Source: Eledone cirrhosa
Taxonomy: Eukaryota
Direction: 5' to 3'
Assembly: GCA_964016885.1 (NCBI GenBank)
Contig: OZ024740.1
Coordinates: 245,830,001-245,894,000 of the forward strand
Length of the DNA: 64,000 bases
A model generated the notes under the pieces. It was not told where the DNA came from, did not search any database, and saw only the letters and a program-made list of their open reading frames with translations. Both the position numbers and the translations under genes were made by a program. Below are positions 1-12,023 of this stretch, one piece after another (the stretch's first letter is position 1; every line of letters starts with the position of its first letter).

Positions 1-2189
1 AAACCGTAATATTGTCGGGGAGAAGTGTGTCCTTAATGATGATGGTGTACTTGCCATCACTGACGCTGATAAGAAGGTAGCTTGGAAGTGTCACTACGAA
101 AGGCTACTAAATGAGGAGAATAAATGGGAGGAAGACAATCTCCCCCATATCGACCCAATAGAGGGACCAGCAGTGTAAGTTGAAGGTAGTATAATAAGTA
201 AGGCAATCAAAGATATGAAGACGAGTAAGGCGGCCGGGCCTTCGGAAATAGTTGCTGAAATGCTGAAAGCATCTGGAACGGTGGGACACACTATGGTCAC
301 CTGGATAGTAAACCAAGTCATACAGAATGGGGCCGTTCCGAAAGACTGGCGTAGCAGCATCATCATTAACTGCTACAAGGGTAAAGGAGATGCTCTTGAT
401 AGGGGTAACTATAGAGGCATTAAATTAATCGACCAGGTCATGAAGGTCACAGAAAAAGTAATAGCGCAACTAATCAGAGAACGAATTGGTCTAGATGAAA
501 TGCAGTTCGGGTTTGTGTCAGGTAAAAGTACCACAGACGCTCTTTTCATTGTACGACAACTACAAGAGAAATACCTAGCTAAAAGTAAACCCTTATACTT
601 AGCTTTTGTTGACTTGGAGAAAGCCTTTGACAGAGTCCCCCGCTCCATTATCTGGTGGGTGCTTAGAAAACTAGGTGTTGATGAATGGCTTGTGAGAGCT
701 ATACAAGCCATGTATAAAGAAACAGTCAGCAAGGTTAGAATTAACAACGAATATAGTGAAGAGTTTAGCGTAAAAGTTGGTGTTCATCAGGGCTCCGTTC
801 TTAGCCCCCTACTATTTATTATTGCCCTTCAGGCTATAACAGGAGTTCAAGACCGGCTGCCCATGGGAACTCCTATATGCAGATGATCTAACGCTCATAG
901 CTAAATCAATGGCTGAACTGGAGAAGAAATTCCCAACATGGAAGCATGGCCTAGAATCAAAAGGCCTTAAAGTTAACTTGTCTAAGACTAAAGTTCTAGT
1001 TTGTAGGAAGGAAAATAGGGCACCGGTCCCATGTGGGAAATGACCATGCTCAGTGTGTAGGAAAGGAGTAGGCAGAAACTCCATTTTATGTCCCAAATGC
1101 AAAGTATGGGTGCATAAAGATGTATTGGGATCACAGGTAAGCTAATTAAGAATATAGATTTTATATGTGGCCGGTGCTCTGGTGCAATAAGTAGCAGCAA
1201 GTGCTCACAGAATACTAGCTCATTCCATTGCACAGATGGTTCTATAGAAATAGTGGACACCTTCCGTTACCTGGGTGACAAAATCTTCAATGGGGGAGGG
1301 TGCTCTGAAAGTACAGTAGCTAGAGTCAGAACGGGATGGAAAAAGTTCAGAGAGCTTATACCACTATTGGCCGCTAAAGGGTTCTCTCTAAAAATGAAAG
1401 GCAGGCTGTATGATGCCTGCATACGAACAGCAATGTTTTATGGCAGTGAGACCTGGGCATTGTGTGCAGAGGATATACGCAGACTGGAGAGAAACGAAGT
1501 TTGCATGCTCCGCTGAATGTGTAATAGTAATATACGTGAACGGCAAAGCATAAACGAACTAAGGGAGAAATTAGGAATAAGAGGGATCAGATGTTGTTTA
1601 CTCGAGAGAAGACTACGTTGGTACGGTCACGTGATGCGCATGAAAGACGACAGCTGTATAAAAAAGTGCAGGGCGATAAAAATAGTAGGCAGACCCAGAA
1701 AAACCTGGGACGACTTGATAAATTCCAACCTCACACACTTACACCTCTCCAAGACAATGTCACTGGACCAAGATCTTTGGCGCTACACAGTCATACAGAA
1801 GACCCGCCTTACCTAAGTACAAAGTGAAACCTACTACAGTCAGTAGGCACCTCTAACAAAATACACCCCCGTCCCACTACCCCCACCCCATCCACACCAC
1901 CCCTTTCAATGTAAAGTTATGTTGGTACCACAACATCCAGGCCGAAACGAAGGAGGTCGTGTAGGTGTCACGACAAAAAAACACACAGTCAACGCTGTAA
2001 TGTAGGTAACACGGTAAAAACCTCCCAGTTCCACACTGTAAATGTGGTTGGTGTTAGGAAGGGCATCCAGCCGATGAAAACCCGCCAGAGAGTCCTATAC
2101 GAGCAAGACAACCACTCTTGCCTCAAGTGGGAAAACTCCCGTCCAAACCCATGCAAGCGTGGAAGATGGACATTAAACGATGATGATGA
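1..2189 (+). mobile_element. RTE-clade LINE (family A), RT region and 3' UTR, decayed
   Basis: ORF 215-886 has RT motifs NYRGIKL, QFGF, FVDLEKAFDRV, GVHQGSVLSP. Broken C-terminal ORFs contain RLRWYGHV and GRPRKTW. Ends in a (GAT)n tail. Confidence 0.95.
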
Positions 2190-4195
2190 TAGTGAAAACT
2201 GGAATGGGAACGAAAACAGAGAGGTAGTACAAACAAAGGTTTATTAGTTTCACGCTCTTGAGAATGGGGGGTGGGGAATGACGTTTTGGGCATAAGCCCT
2301 TCTTCAGGAGAAAAGTGGGTGGGAAGAGAGTTGCGAGGGTGTGTGGGGGAGTGGTGGAGAGACATTTAGAGAAAATTGAGGAAAAATGGTGGAAGGGGTA
2401 AAAATAAAAATAAACATAAAGATAAACAAGTGGTGGAAGGATGTGGGGCGTGTAGGGGTGGTGGCGGGTGGAGTTGGGAGAGGGAGGCGGAGTGTCCGAG
2501 CGGGGAGGGCTGAAGGTGGTGTTTGTGTATGTATGTAGGTGTTCGTGTGTGTGTGTATGTGAATGTGAGAGTTGGGGGAAGAACAAGGTTCCATGTTCAA
2601 GAAAAGGTGTGTGGGTGGTGTGTAGGTCGGTGTGTGGATGGGGAGGGGTCAGAGGGGTGGGGGAAGATTCCGAAGGTTGAGTGTGTATATGTGGAGGTAC
2701 GCACATGTGTGTTGGTGTTTATACGTGGCGTGGTTCGAAAAAAATTGTGAGTGTTTGTCCGTGGGTAAGTTCCTAAAGTAGTTCCGAGGAGTGTGCGATG
2801 AGATGCCGGATATTTTTCATGTTATGGAGTGGATAGCTGGAACGATGACCGGTGGTGTGTAATCCGTTGGTTGTGGTGGTCGGAAGTGGGGAGATGTGGG
2901 GTGCGCGCGCAACAGGAAGTGGTCAGAGGGTCAAGGCAGGATGAAGGCATAGCAGTAGAGGAGAATGACAGGTGGAGAAAGTGAGTGTGTGGTGAGGACT
3001 GTGTGTCTGAGTGTGCGGAGGTGCGGTGGACAGAGGAGAGGATGGGTAGGTGTAAAAGGTGGAGTGGGGAGGGGGTCATGTGGGGGACGGGGTGTGTATT
3101 AGTACAGGTGTTAGTGCGATGTGTGTGTGGGTGGAGCGGGGAGAGGGAGAGAAAAGGTGTGGAGGGAGTGTAGTGTACTGGTGTGTGTGTGTGTGTGGTA
3201 AAGGGGGTGTTAGTGGGTGTTAGTATACTGGTGGTGGGGAAAGGGTTGAAGTCGGGTGTGTTAGTGGGGGTTAGTGGTGGCTGGGTGTGTAGAGTGGGTG
3301 GTGTGTGTGGGAAGGTGTGTGTTCGTGTGCATGGGGTCGGGGGGATGTTAGTGGTATTAGTTGTGGGGTGGTAGCAGGGAGTGTGGATAGTGTGAGTGCG
3401 TGTGTATATGTACAGGTGGGTGTGTGCGTGATAAGAGGGGTGGGGATGTTAGTATTGTTCGTAGGGGGAGGGTGGACGGTGGTGGGGTGGGGCTGTTAGT
3501 ATTGTTAGTTGTGGGGTGGGCCAAGAAGGTGGGCGGTGAAAAGGAGGAGTGTGTTAGTGGTGTTAGTGGGGGATATGTGTGTGTGGGGGAACAGGGTGGT
3601 CGAAGGCTAAAGGAATAGGGGTGGGGAGTTCAGGCCGGGAGGAGTGTGGGTCTGTAGGGTGAAGATGGTACGTTGTTTGACCGTGAGGCAGGTGGCAGGT
3701 GTTCCGTGGCATTGGAGTAGGCCACAGACTGTGAGGTGGTGGGCGGATTGTCCAGGGGAGCCAAAGTGGCGGGCGATGGGGGAACTCCCTGTTCAGTGAA
3801 ACGGTCCACCAGGCGACGTCCAGTCTGTCCGACGTAGGTTGCGCAGCAAAGTCCGTAGACTAGGTTGGAGGAGGTGCAGCGGAAGGCGTGCCGGACAGAG
3901 AGAGAGTGGCTGTTGGGACCCTGGAAGGTGGTGGTGTTGGTGATGTGGAGGCAGGTGTGGCAACGAGGCCTCGAGCAGGCAAGTGAACCGGGAGGGGGAT
4001 GAAGGTTGGGGGTAGGGAGCTGCGGAAGAGGAGGGTGCAGAGATTGCGTGTGCGTTTGAAGGAGGGGAGGGGTGGGGATTGGAAGATGTGGGAGGTGGAG
4101 GGGTCGGAAGAGGAATAGGATGGTGCGGTGGAGGGATAGGGTGGCGGGGTGGTAGGTGATGAGGTAGGGGAGATGGTGTGTGGGTGTGCCCTGCA
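2190..4195 (-). mobile_element. Penelope-like element 3' fragment (Neptune-like GIY-YIG remnant plus 3' UTR)
   Basis: Minus ORF 3630-4301 contains CSRPRCHTC...FRCTSSNLVYGLCCATYVGQTGRRLVDRFTE (Cys motif plus GIY-YIG). A hammerhead remnant lies near the 3' end. Confidence 0.8.
2276..2310 (-). ncRNA. Minimal hammerhead ribozyme remnant (G12A, weak stem I)
   Basis: Minus strand reads CTGAAGA A GGGC TTAT GCCC AAAAC GTC. Confidence 0.65.
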
Positions 4196-4227
<32 letters not shown>

Positions 4228-4294
4228 ATGTATATAAATACATATTTATGTATATAATTGTATGTATATATATATATGTGTGTGTGTGTATGTA

Positions 4295-4954
4295 TGGGCA
4301 CTGTGTGCTGAAGACCTGCGTAGATTAGAAAGAAATGAAGCTTGCATGCTCCGATGGATGTGTAATAGTAATGTGCGCGAAAGGCAAAGCATAAATGAAC
4401 TAAGAGGGAAACTAAGCATAAGAGGTATCAAATGTTGTTTTCTGGAGAGGAGATTGCGTTGGTATGGACAATGCAGGGCAATGAAAATTGATGGAAGCTG
4501 CGGAGTGGGTAGACCAAGAAAAACTTGGGACGAGGTGATAAAAACTGACCTTACCCACCTACACCTCTCTAAGACAATGACACTGGATTGAGACCTTTGG
4601 CGCCATGCAGTTGTAAAGAGGACCCGAGTGCCATTGCACACAAAACTACATGCAGTAGGCACCTCTTAATTCAATGTACACCCCACCCCACCCTCCCTCT
4701 CCCGTCCCGTCCACTGTGTCCATGACACAACAGTCCACACTGTGAGGTGACCGTGTAGAAGACACGGTGAAAAGGCTCCCGGTCCACACGGTAAATGTGG
4801 TTGGTGTTAGGAACGGCATCCAGCTGTAAAAAAAACCTGCCAGAGGTGCTTCCGTGCGAGCAAGACATGGTCTCCTGACCAGTCCTGCATCAAATGGAAC
4901 AAAACCGTCTAACCCATGCTAGCGTGGAAGATGGATGTTAAACGATGATGATGA
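4295..4954 (+). mobile_element. RTE LINE 3' fragment
   Basis: WALCAEDLRRLERNEACMLRWMC...GRPRKTW, conserved 3' UTR and (GAT)n tail. Confidence 0.9.
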
Positions 4955-5157
4955 ATGTGTGTATATATATATATATACACACACGTATATATATACATAT
5001 ATATATATATGGATGTATGTATGTATATGTATGTATATATATATATGTATGTATGTATATATATGTATATATGTATGTATGTATATATATGTATGTATGT
5101 ATATGTATGTATGTATATATGTATATGTATATATATATATGTATGTATGTATATATA

Positions 5158-6860
5158 TCATCATCATCATCATCATCACCGTTTTACGTCCGTTCTTCCA
5201 CGCTAGCATGGGTTAGACGGGTTGTCCTGTTGTTGGCAGTGTCTGGTCGGCTGACCATGCCTTGCTCATACAGGAACTGATTTGGCTTGATTTCTACAGC
5301 TGGATGCCCTTCCTAATACCAACCTTATTTACAGTGAGTGCTGGGTGCTTTTTCGTGGCGCCTACACGTCCACTTTACAGTGTGGGCTGGGTGCGTTTTT
5401 GCCGTGGCACCTCCACGACCACCTTGCGGTGGGGGTTGTGGGGGCATATTGTCTAAATGCTTCAGCTTGTACCCATGGGAGGTCGGGTACTCTGTATTAC
5501 TGCGTGACGCTAGAAGTCACGGTCGTGTGTCATTGCCTTTGAGAGGTGTAATTGGGTAGTCGGCTTTTATCACCTCATTCCAGGTCATCTTGGGTCTCCC
5601 CACTCCGCGGTTTCCATCAACTTCTAGTGCTCTGCACCTTTTTATGCAGCTGTCATCCTTCATACGCATCACATGTCCATACCAGCGCAACCGCCTCTCC
5701 TGCACACAGCATTTGATTCCTCTTATGCTCAGTCTCTCTCTCAATTCATTTATGCTTTGTCGTTCACGTATATTACTGTTACACATCCATTGGAGCATGC
5801 AGGCTTCGTTTCTCTCTAATCTACGTAAGTCTTCCACCTTCAGCGCCCAGGTCTCACTACCATGCAACATTGCTGTTCGGATACACACATCATACAGTCT
5901 GCCTTTCATTCTGAGGGAGAAGCCTTTTGCAGCTAGCAGTGGTAGTAATTCCCTAAACTTCTTCCATCCCGTTCTTACCCTAGCTATTGTACTTTCTGAA
6001 CACCCACCTCCGCTGCTAATTCGGTCACCAAGGTAGCAGAAGCTGTCTACTGTTTCTACAGAGCCCTCCCAGAGATTGGTGGTACTTGTTTCCTGTGGCT
6101 TTCTGTCTCAGCACAGCTGCTGCATGTGAAGCCTACATTCTTAATTAAGCTTCCTGAGATCCCTCTACATCTCCTGTGTACCCATTGTTTGCATTTGGGG
6201 CAGAGAATGGATTTCCTACCTACCCCTTTCCTACATACTGAGCAAGGCCATTTCCCTGAGGGGATCTGGGTTCTGTTTTCTCGACTACTTACAAGGACCT
6301 TAGTCTTTGTCATGTTGACTTTGAGACCCTTTCTTTCTAGTCCCTGCTTCCAAGTTTGGAATTTATTCTCTAGTTCTACCATAGATTAGCTATGATTGCG
6401 AGGTCATCAGCATACAGGAGTTCCCATGGGCATCCGGTCTTAAACTCCTCCGTTATTGCTTGCAGGACTATGATGAAAAGGAAGGGGCTAAGAACAGAGC
6501 CCTGGTGGACCCCAACCTGTACGCTAAATTCCTCGCTATACTCACTGCTAATCCTAACTTTGCTGACTGCTCCCCTATACATGGCTTGTACCACTTTCAC
6601 AAGCCATTCATCTACTCCTAGTTTTCTAAGAGCCCACCAGATTACAGCACGTGGAACTCTGTCAAAGGCTTTCTCAAGGTCGACAAATGCCAAGTAGAGT
6701 GGCTTACTTTTAGCTAGGTACTTTTCCTGTAATTGCCTGTAATTGCCTCACAAGGAAGAGGGCATCAGTGGTGCCTCTTCCTTGTACAAAGCCAAATTGC
6801 ATCTCGTCTATTTTCACCCGGTCCCTAATCAACTGTGCTATAACTCTTTCTGTTACTTTT
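5158..6860 (-). mobile_element. RTE LINE (family C) 3' half
   Basis: Minus ORFs with FVDLEKAFDRV, YADDL, CSVC/CPKC zinc-binding region and RLRWYGHV. (ATC)n tail at ~5158-5178. Confidence 0.92.
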
Positions 6861-6885
6861 ATATGTTTGTATATATGTATGTTTG

Positions 6886-6918
<33 letters not shown>

Positions 6919-7115
6919 ATATATATATATATGTATATGTATATATATATATGTATATATATATATGTATGTATGTATATATATGTATGTATGTATATAT
7001 ATTTATGTATGTATATATATGTATGTATCTATGTATATATGTATATATATGTATGTATCTATGTATGTATGTATATATATGTATGTATCTATGTATATAT
7101 ATGTATGTATCTATG

Positions 7116-7153
<38 letters not shown>

Positions 7154-7720
7154 TAAACGGAAAAAATGAAACAAAATTTCATTTCCCACTTTTAGTACGG
7201 CAGTTACTTAAATATAAGTATGTATATGCACATACATATATGTATACAGATGTACAGTAGTATGTATATATATATACATACATGCACACATATATATATA
7301 TATACGTATGGATTCACCGAACGTTTATTATAATGCTCGGTGTGTTTGTAAACAAACATCCCGTATTAAGCCGTAGTGTCTAGCAACCATCGTTGCTCGT
7401 TTGTTCAACACTGACAAAGGAACGCTGTACTAGTTTCAAGCTTATTAGCTATCGTCAGCAACGTATACCCTCCTGCCAGATGATTGAACGTCTGAAAGTA
7501 TATACTTTTCTTATACATATTAACGGCTGAGCAGCCTAATTTGCATATCGGGTGGGTTAATCGGCCAGGTGCACCGAAAACGATAAACGGAAAAAATGAA
7601 ACGAAATTTCATTTCCCACTCTTAGTATGGCTGTTACTTAAATATAAGTATGTATCCGCAGATACATATATGTATACAGACGTGCAGTAGTATGTATATA
7701 TACATACATGCACACATATA
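7154..7720 (-). mobile_element. Retrozyme-like non-coding element, family R1 (~430 bp unit plus partial second unit)
   Basis: Sequence at 7154 recurs at 7584. Contains a hammerhead. Homologous copies at ~50770-51235, ~51495-51615 and ~56050-56825. Confidence 0.8.
7422..7464 (-). ncRNA. Type I hammerhead ribozyme (R1)
   Basis: ACGTTG CTGACGA T AGCT AATA AGCT T GAAAC TA GTA CAGCGT: intact core, stems I and II, palindromic stem III ACTAGT. Confidence 0.88.
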
Positions 7721-7780
7721 TATATATATATGCAAGCCCAATGCTCTAACCACTAAGCGAAATGCATGTGTATGTATGTA

Positions 7781-7828
<48 letters not shown>

Positions 7829-7830
<2 letters not shown>

Positions 7831-8181
7831 GGAGACACATGGCTTAGTGGTTAGAGCATTGGCCTTGCAATCGAAAGGTTGTGAGTTCAATTCTCAGACC
7901 GGGTGATGTGTTGTTTCCTTGAGCAAGACACTTTATTTCACATTGCTCCAGTTTACTCAGCTGTAGAAATGAGATGATAGGGACTGAGGTCCCTATCATT
8001 CCACTGCAAAGTGGTCATGTAGGTACCACGGCAAAACAGTACCCAGCACTCACTGTAAATGAGGTTGGTGTTAGGAAGGGCATCCAGCTGTAGAAATCAA
8101 GCCAGAATCAGTTCCCGTCCCACCCTTGCAAGCAGGGAAAAGCGGACGTAAAATGATGATGATGATGATGATGATGATGAT
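7829..8181 (+). mobile_element. tRNA-derived CORE-type SINE with RTE-derived tail
   Basis: A-box TGGCTTAGTGG and B-box GAGTTCAATTC. CORE-like CCTTGAGCAAGACACTT...CAGTTTACTCAGCTGTAGAAATG. RTE-like 3' end and (GAT)n. Confidence 0.88.
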
Positions 8182-8223
8182 ATATACATACACATATATA
8201 TATATACACACACATATATATAT

Positions 8224-8693
8224 GGGTTTGGAATTATTAGAAATGAAGCTGCCGCCGTATTTTGACTAAAGAAATTATTTACCCTGATATTGGGGTTAAG
8301 AACCCTCGGAGAAATGGAAAAAGATGAGTATTGACGTACATGGGAGTCGAACCCACATCTTTGGTTATCCGGACCACTGTGCTACCATTTGCACCAACAC
8401 ATCACCCGTCTCTTTTCATTCAAATTAGAAGCTATAAACTTAGTGACTGTAATGTCAAGTAAGAATATTTTCGAAACAGCGAGTGGGTTTGAAATTATTA
8501 GAAATGTAAGCTATCGCCGTATTTTGACTAAAGAAATGGTCCGTGGAAGTGGTCCGGATAACCAAAGATGTGGGTTTGACTCCCATGTACGTCAATACTC
8601 ATCTTTTTCCATTTCTCCGAGGGTTCTTAACCCCACTATCAGGCTAAATAATTTCTTTAATTTCTTTAGTCAAAATACGGCGATAGCTTACAT
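8224..8693. repeat. Inverted pair of a tRNA-like/SINE-like unit
   Basis: ~8250-8377 is inverted at ~8548-8690. Minus strand reads ...GGTGCAAATGGTAGCAC...GTGGGTTCGACTCCCAT (D-arm and T-arm like). Confidence 0.7.
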
Positions 8694-8895
8694 ATATATA
8701 TATATATGTATGTATGTATGTATGTTTGTATGTATATGTATGTCTATGTATGTATATATATATATATGTAGAAGGTGAGTAATATTGTACAACAATAAAA
8801 CTAGGCATATATCAGATAAGTAGCACTCAACAGTTGGTAGAACTGGAGTATATATAATAAAGAAGAAATTAAAAGATGGTTAAAAGAGTTCCATA

Positions 8896-8966
8896 TATTT
8901 TATCATGTGCATTTCGAATACAAAAATCATCCTGGGACAAAAATTGTGTTCTCATCAGATAAAATA
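8896..8966 (-). ncRNA. Hammerhead motif with G at the cleavage position
   Basis: TATTTTAT CTGATGA GAACACAA...TTGTATTC GAAATGCACAT G ATAAAATA, with an 8-bp stem I. Confidence 0.75.
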
Positions 8967-10876
8967 AGGTAACTTGATATGAGGCATAATAGCACTTGTT
9001 TACAGGAAAGTGCTAAGTCTACATATGATACTATAGTAAGAAATAGATAGGAAAATAGAAGAAAAGGAAAGAAGAGGAGAAAAAGGAAAAAGAAAGAGAA
9101 GAAAGAAAAAAGGAAGAGAGAGAAAGAGAGACGGCTTCTATAGAATCCATGGAAGCCACGGGTTTGGCACAAGAAATGAAAAAGGCTTCTGGAATTCTGC
9201 AACGCATATGACATGTCGATATGTAACACAAACTTCAAAAAACCCGACAACTATCTGATCACCTATGGATCAGGGGAGCATTCTAGTCAGATAGATTTTA
9301 TCCTCATCAGAGGGCGTGATAGATGGACGGTTGTAAATACAAAAGCCTTCCCTGGTGAGGAATGTACCTCCCAACATAACTTAGATGTCAGTGACCTCAC
9401 TGTCAAAACTAGACGAACTTGACAACAGAAGGCAACCTGGAGAAGAAAGATCTGAAAGCTGAAAGACTCAACCAGTAACAGATTTAAAGATATTCTACTC
9501 GACGCTTATGACAGTAAAAAAGAACAGATAGAGACATTCAATGTAGAAGAGCACTGGGAGTTTCTAAAAATTAACTTACTAAAGGTGACGGATGAGATCT
9601 GTGGCTGGAGCAAGACCACAGGCAGCAGGAGAGTGACTTGGTGGTGGAACAATACGGTAGATGAGGCAGTTAAGGCCAAGAGACAGGCATGGAAAGAATG
9701 GAAGAACGGGGGTAGCAGGGTACATTACATAGTGACCAGGAGGGAAGCTAGGCGACAAGTATACTTAGCTAGAAGGGAAGGAGAGGATAGAAAATTCAAG
9801 CATGTTTTGCAATGTGAGGACCAGAAACAGGTGTTCAAGATTGCGAAGCAGTGTGTTAGAGAGAATTGTGATGTCATTGGAGAGAAGTGTATCCAGAATG
9901 ATAATGGTGAGCTTGCCCTCACAAGTGCCGAGAAGAAAGCTCTGTGGAAGAGCCATTATGAAAGATTACTAAACGAGGAGAATGCATGGGAAACAGAGAC
10001 CATACCCCAAGTAGACCCTGTAGAGGGGCCAGCAGTACAAGTCAGCAGCAGCGTAGTAAGGAAGGCAATCAAAGATATGAAGACAAGGAAGGCAACCGGT
10101 CCATCGGGCATAGCTGCCGAGCTCTGAAGGTATCTGGGTTGGTAAGTCACACCATAACCACACGAATTGTTAACCAGGTAATACTAGAGAGTATCATACC
10201 AAAGGATTGGTCCAGCAGCATCATTGTCAACTGCTACAAAGGTAAAGGTGATGCACTAGATAGAGGAAACTATAGAGGTATAAAGTTGATGGACCAGGTC
10301 ATGAACGTAACGGAAAGAGTTATAGCACAGTTGATTAAGGACCAGGTGAAACTAGATGAGATGCAATTTGGGTTTGTACCAGGAAAAGACACCACTGATG
10401 CCCTTTTCCTTGTGAGGCAGTTACAGGAAAAGTACCTAGCTAAAAGTAAGCCGCTCTACCTGGCATTCGTCGATCTGGAAAAAGCCTTCAACAGAGTCCC
10501 CTGTGCTATAATCTGGTGGGCTCTTAAAAAATTAGGAGTAGATGAATGGCTTGTGAAAGCTGTACAAGCTATGTATAGAAGAGCAGTCAGCAAAGTTAGA
10601 GTTAGCAATGAGTATAGCGAGGAATTTAGCATACAGGTCGGTGTCCACCAGGGCTCTGTTCTTAGCCCTCTCCTGTTCATTATAGTTTTGCAGGCAATAA
10701 CGGAGGAGTTTAAGACCGGATGCCCATGGGAACTCCTGTGTGCGGATGATCTCGCACTTATAGCTGAATCCATGGTGGAACTAGAGAAGAAATTCCAAAC
10801 ATGGAAGCAGGACTAGAAAGAAAGGGTCTCAAAGTCAACCTGACAAAGACTAAGCTCTTAGAAAATTAGGAGTAGA

Positions 10877-11697
10877 CTAGCAGAATGGCCCGGCGTTGCT
10901 CGGGATTCTAAACATAGATTGGCATGTTTATCCCTCCTTTCTGAAACAGTACAGAGAAGTATGGAATACCTCGGCCCGGAGATGGTGTCTACATTTTGTG
11001 CTTATAAAAAAGATTTGTCGTAGATTACCAGTGGTTTAACTTAATTGGGTGCCTGAGAGTAAAATGTTCAACCCACGAAAGCCAAGACGATAGGGTTAAG
11101 TAAAAAGGCATTCAACAAACCGAACATGTATTTGTTGTGCTATGGTACAATGAAAGCAATAGTTACAGAGCAGTAAACATGTGGGACTGCAGTGGTGGAG
11201 AGCATGAAGGAATTTAGTTGGATACTTTTAAGGTTACAGGCCCTAACGCAACCAAAATGCTAAACAATGTGGCCCCGGGCAAAAATTCGAAATATTTTTC
11301 AGTCAAGAAATTTGTGAAACATAAGTAATGCATATGCAAAGTTTTAAAAAAATCAGTTGGGTACTTCTCGAGTTACAGGCCCGAATGCAACCATAATGCT
11401 TCAAAGAATCGGTTTTTCGCCAAAAGATGAGAAAATCTTTTTTGCTCGAAACACTTTAAACGACATAAGTAATGCACATTTTGAAGAAATCGCCTAGATT
11501 ATTGTTCTGTTATGCATCAAAAAGTCATTTAAAGCCTAAAATATGCGACCCCTGGGGCATTGAAAATTTGAAATATTTTTTGCTCAAAACACTCACACGA
11601 CCATAAGTATTACATGTGTAAAGTTTGAAAAAAATCGGATGGGTGGTTCTCGAGTTTTAGAGAGACAGACAGACATTCTCTGTTTTAGATATATAGA
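10877..11697 (-). mobile_element. Non-autonomous Helitron
   Basis: Minus strand starts TCTATATATC and ends with hairpin CCCGAGCAACGCCGGG followed by CTAG. Inserted between A and T with no target-site duplication. Removing it restores GGAGTAGA|TGAATGG as seen at ~10534. Confidence 0.92.
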
Positions 11698-11851
11698 TGA
11701 ATGGCTTGTGAAAGCTGTACAAGCCATATATAGAGGAGCAGTCAATAAAGTTAGGGTTAGCAATGATTATAGCGAGGAATTTAGCATACATGTCGGTGTC
11801 CACCAGGGCTCTGTTCTTAGCCCTCTCCTGTTCATTATAGTTTTGCAGGCA

Positions 11852-12023
11852 GTATCGGTAGAGGGTCGGACGCCATGACTTGCAGCAAAGAGTTACGGCC
11901 CTTGCCATTCTGAGTTCAAATCCCGCCGAGGTTAACTTTGCATTTCATCCTTACGGGGTTGATAAAATAAAGTACCAGTAATACACTGGGATAATTGCTG
12001 GCCTTGTACCAAAAGTAGAAACA
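11852..12023 (+). mobile_element. SINE with Deu/Nin-like domain
   Basis: B-box GAGTTCAAATCC and TTTCATCCTTACGGGGTTGATAAAATAAAGTACCA. 18-bp target-site duplication ATTATAGTTTTGCAGGCA at 11834-11851 and 12024-12041. Confidence 0.85.

Noticed and set aside
409-747. Recurrent antisense ORFs over RT regions
   Set aside because: Shadow frames of the RTE coding strand, repeated only because the LINE is repeated.
2300-3620. Gly/Val-rich and Pro/His/Thr-rich ORFs
   Set aside because: G/T-skewed low-complexity 3' region of a PLE with no domain signal.
7829-7905. Possible tRNA genes (also at 21120, 26230, 29602 and ~8335-8400)
   Set aside because: Acceptor and anticodon stems are imperfect and the sequences continue into repeat bodies, so they are SINE heads.
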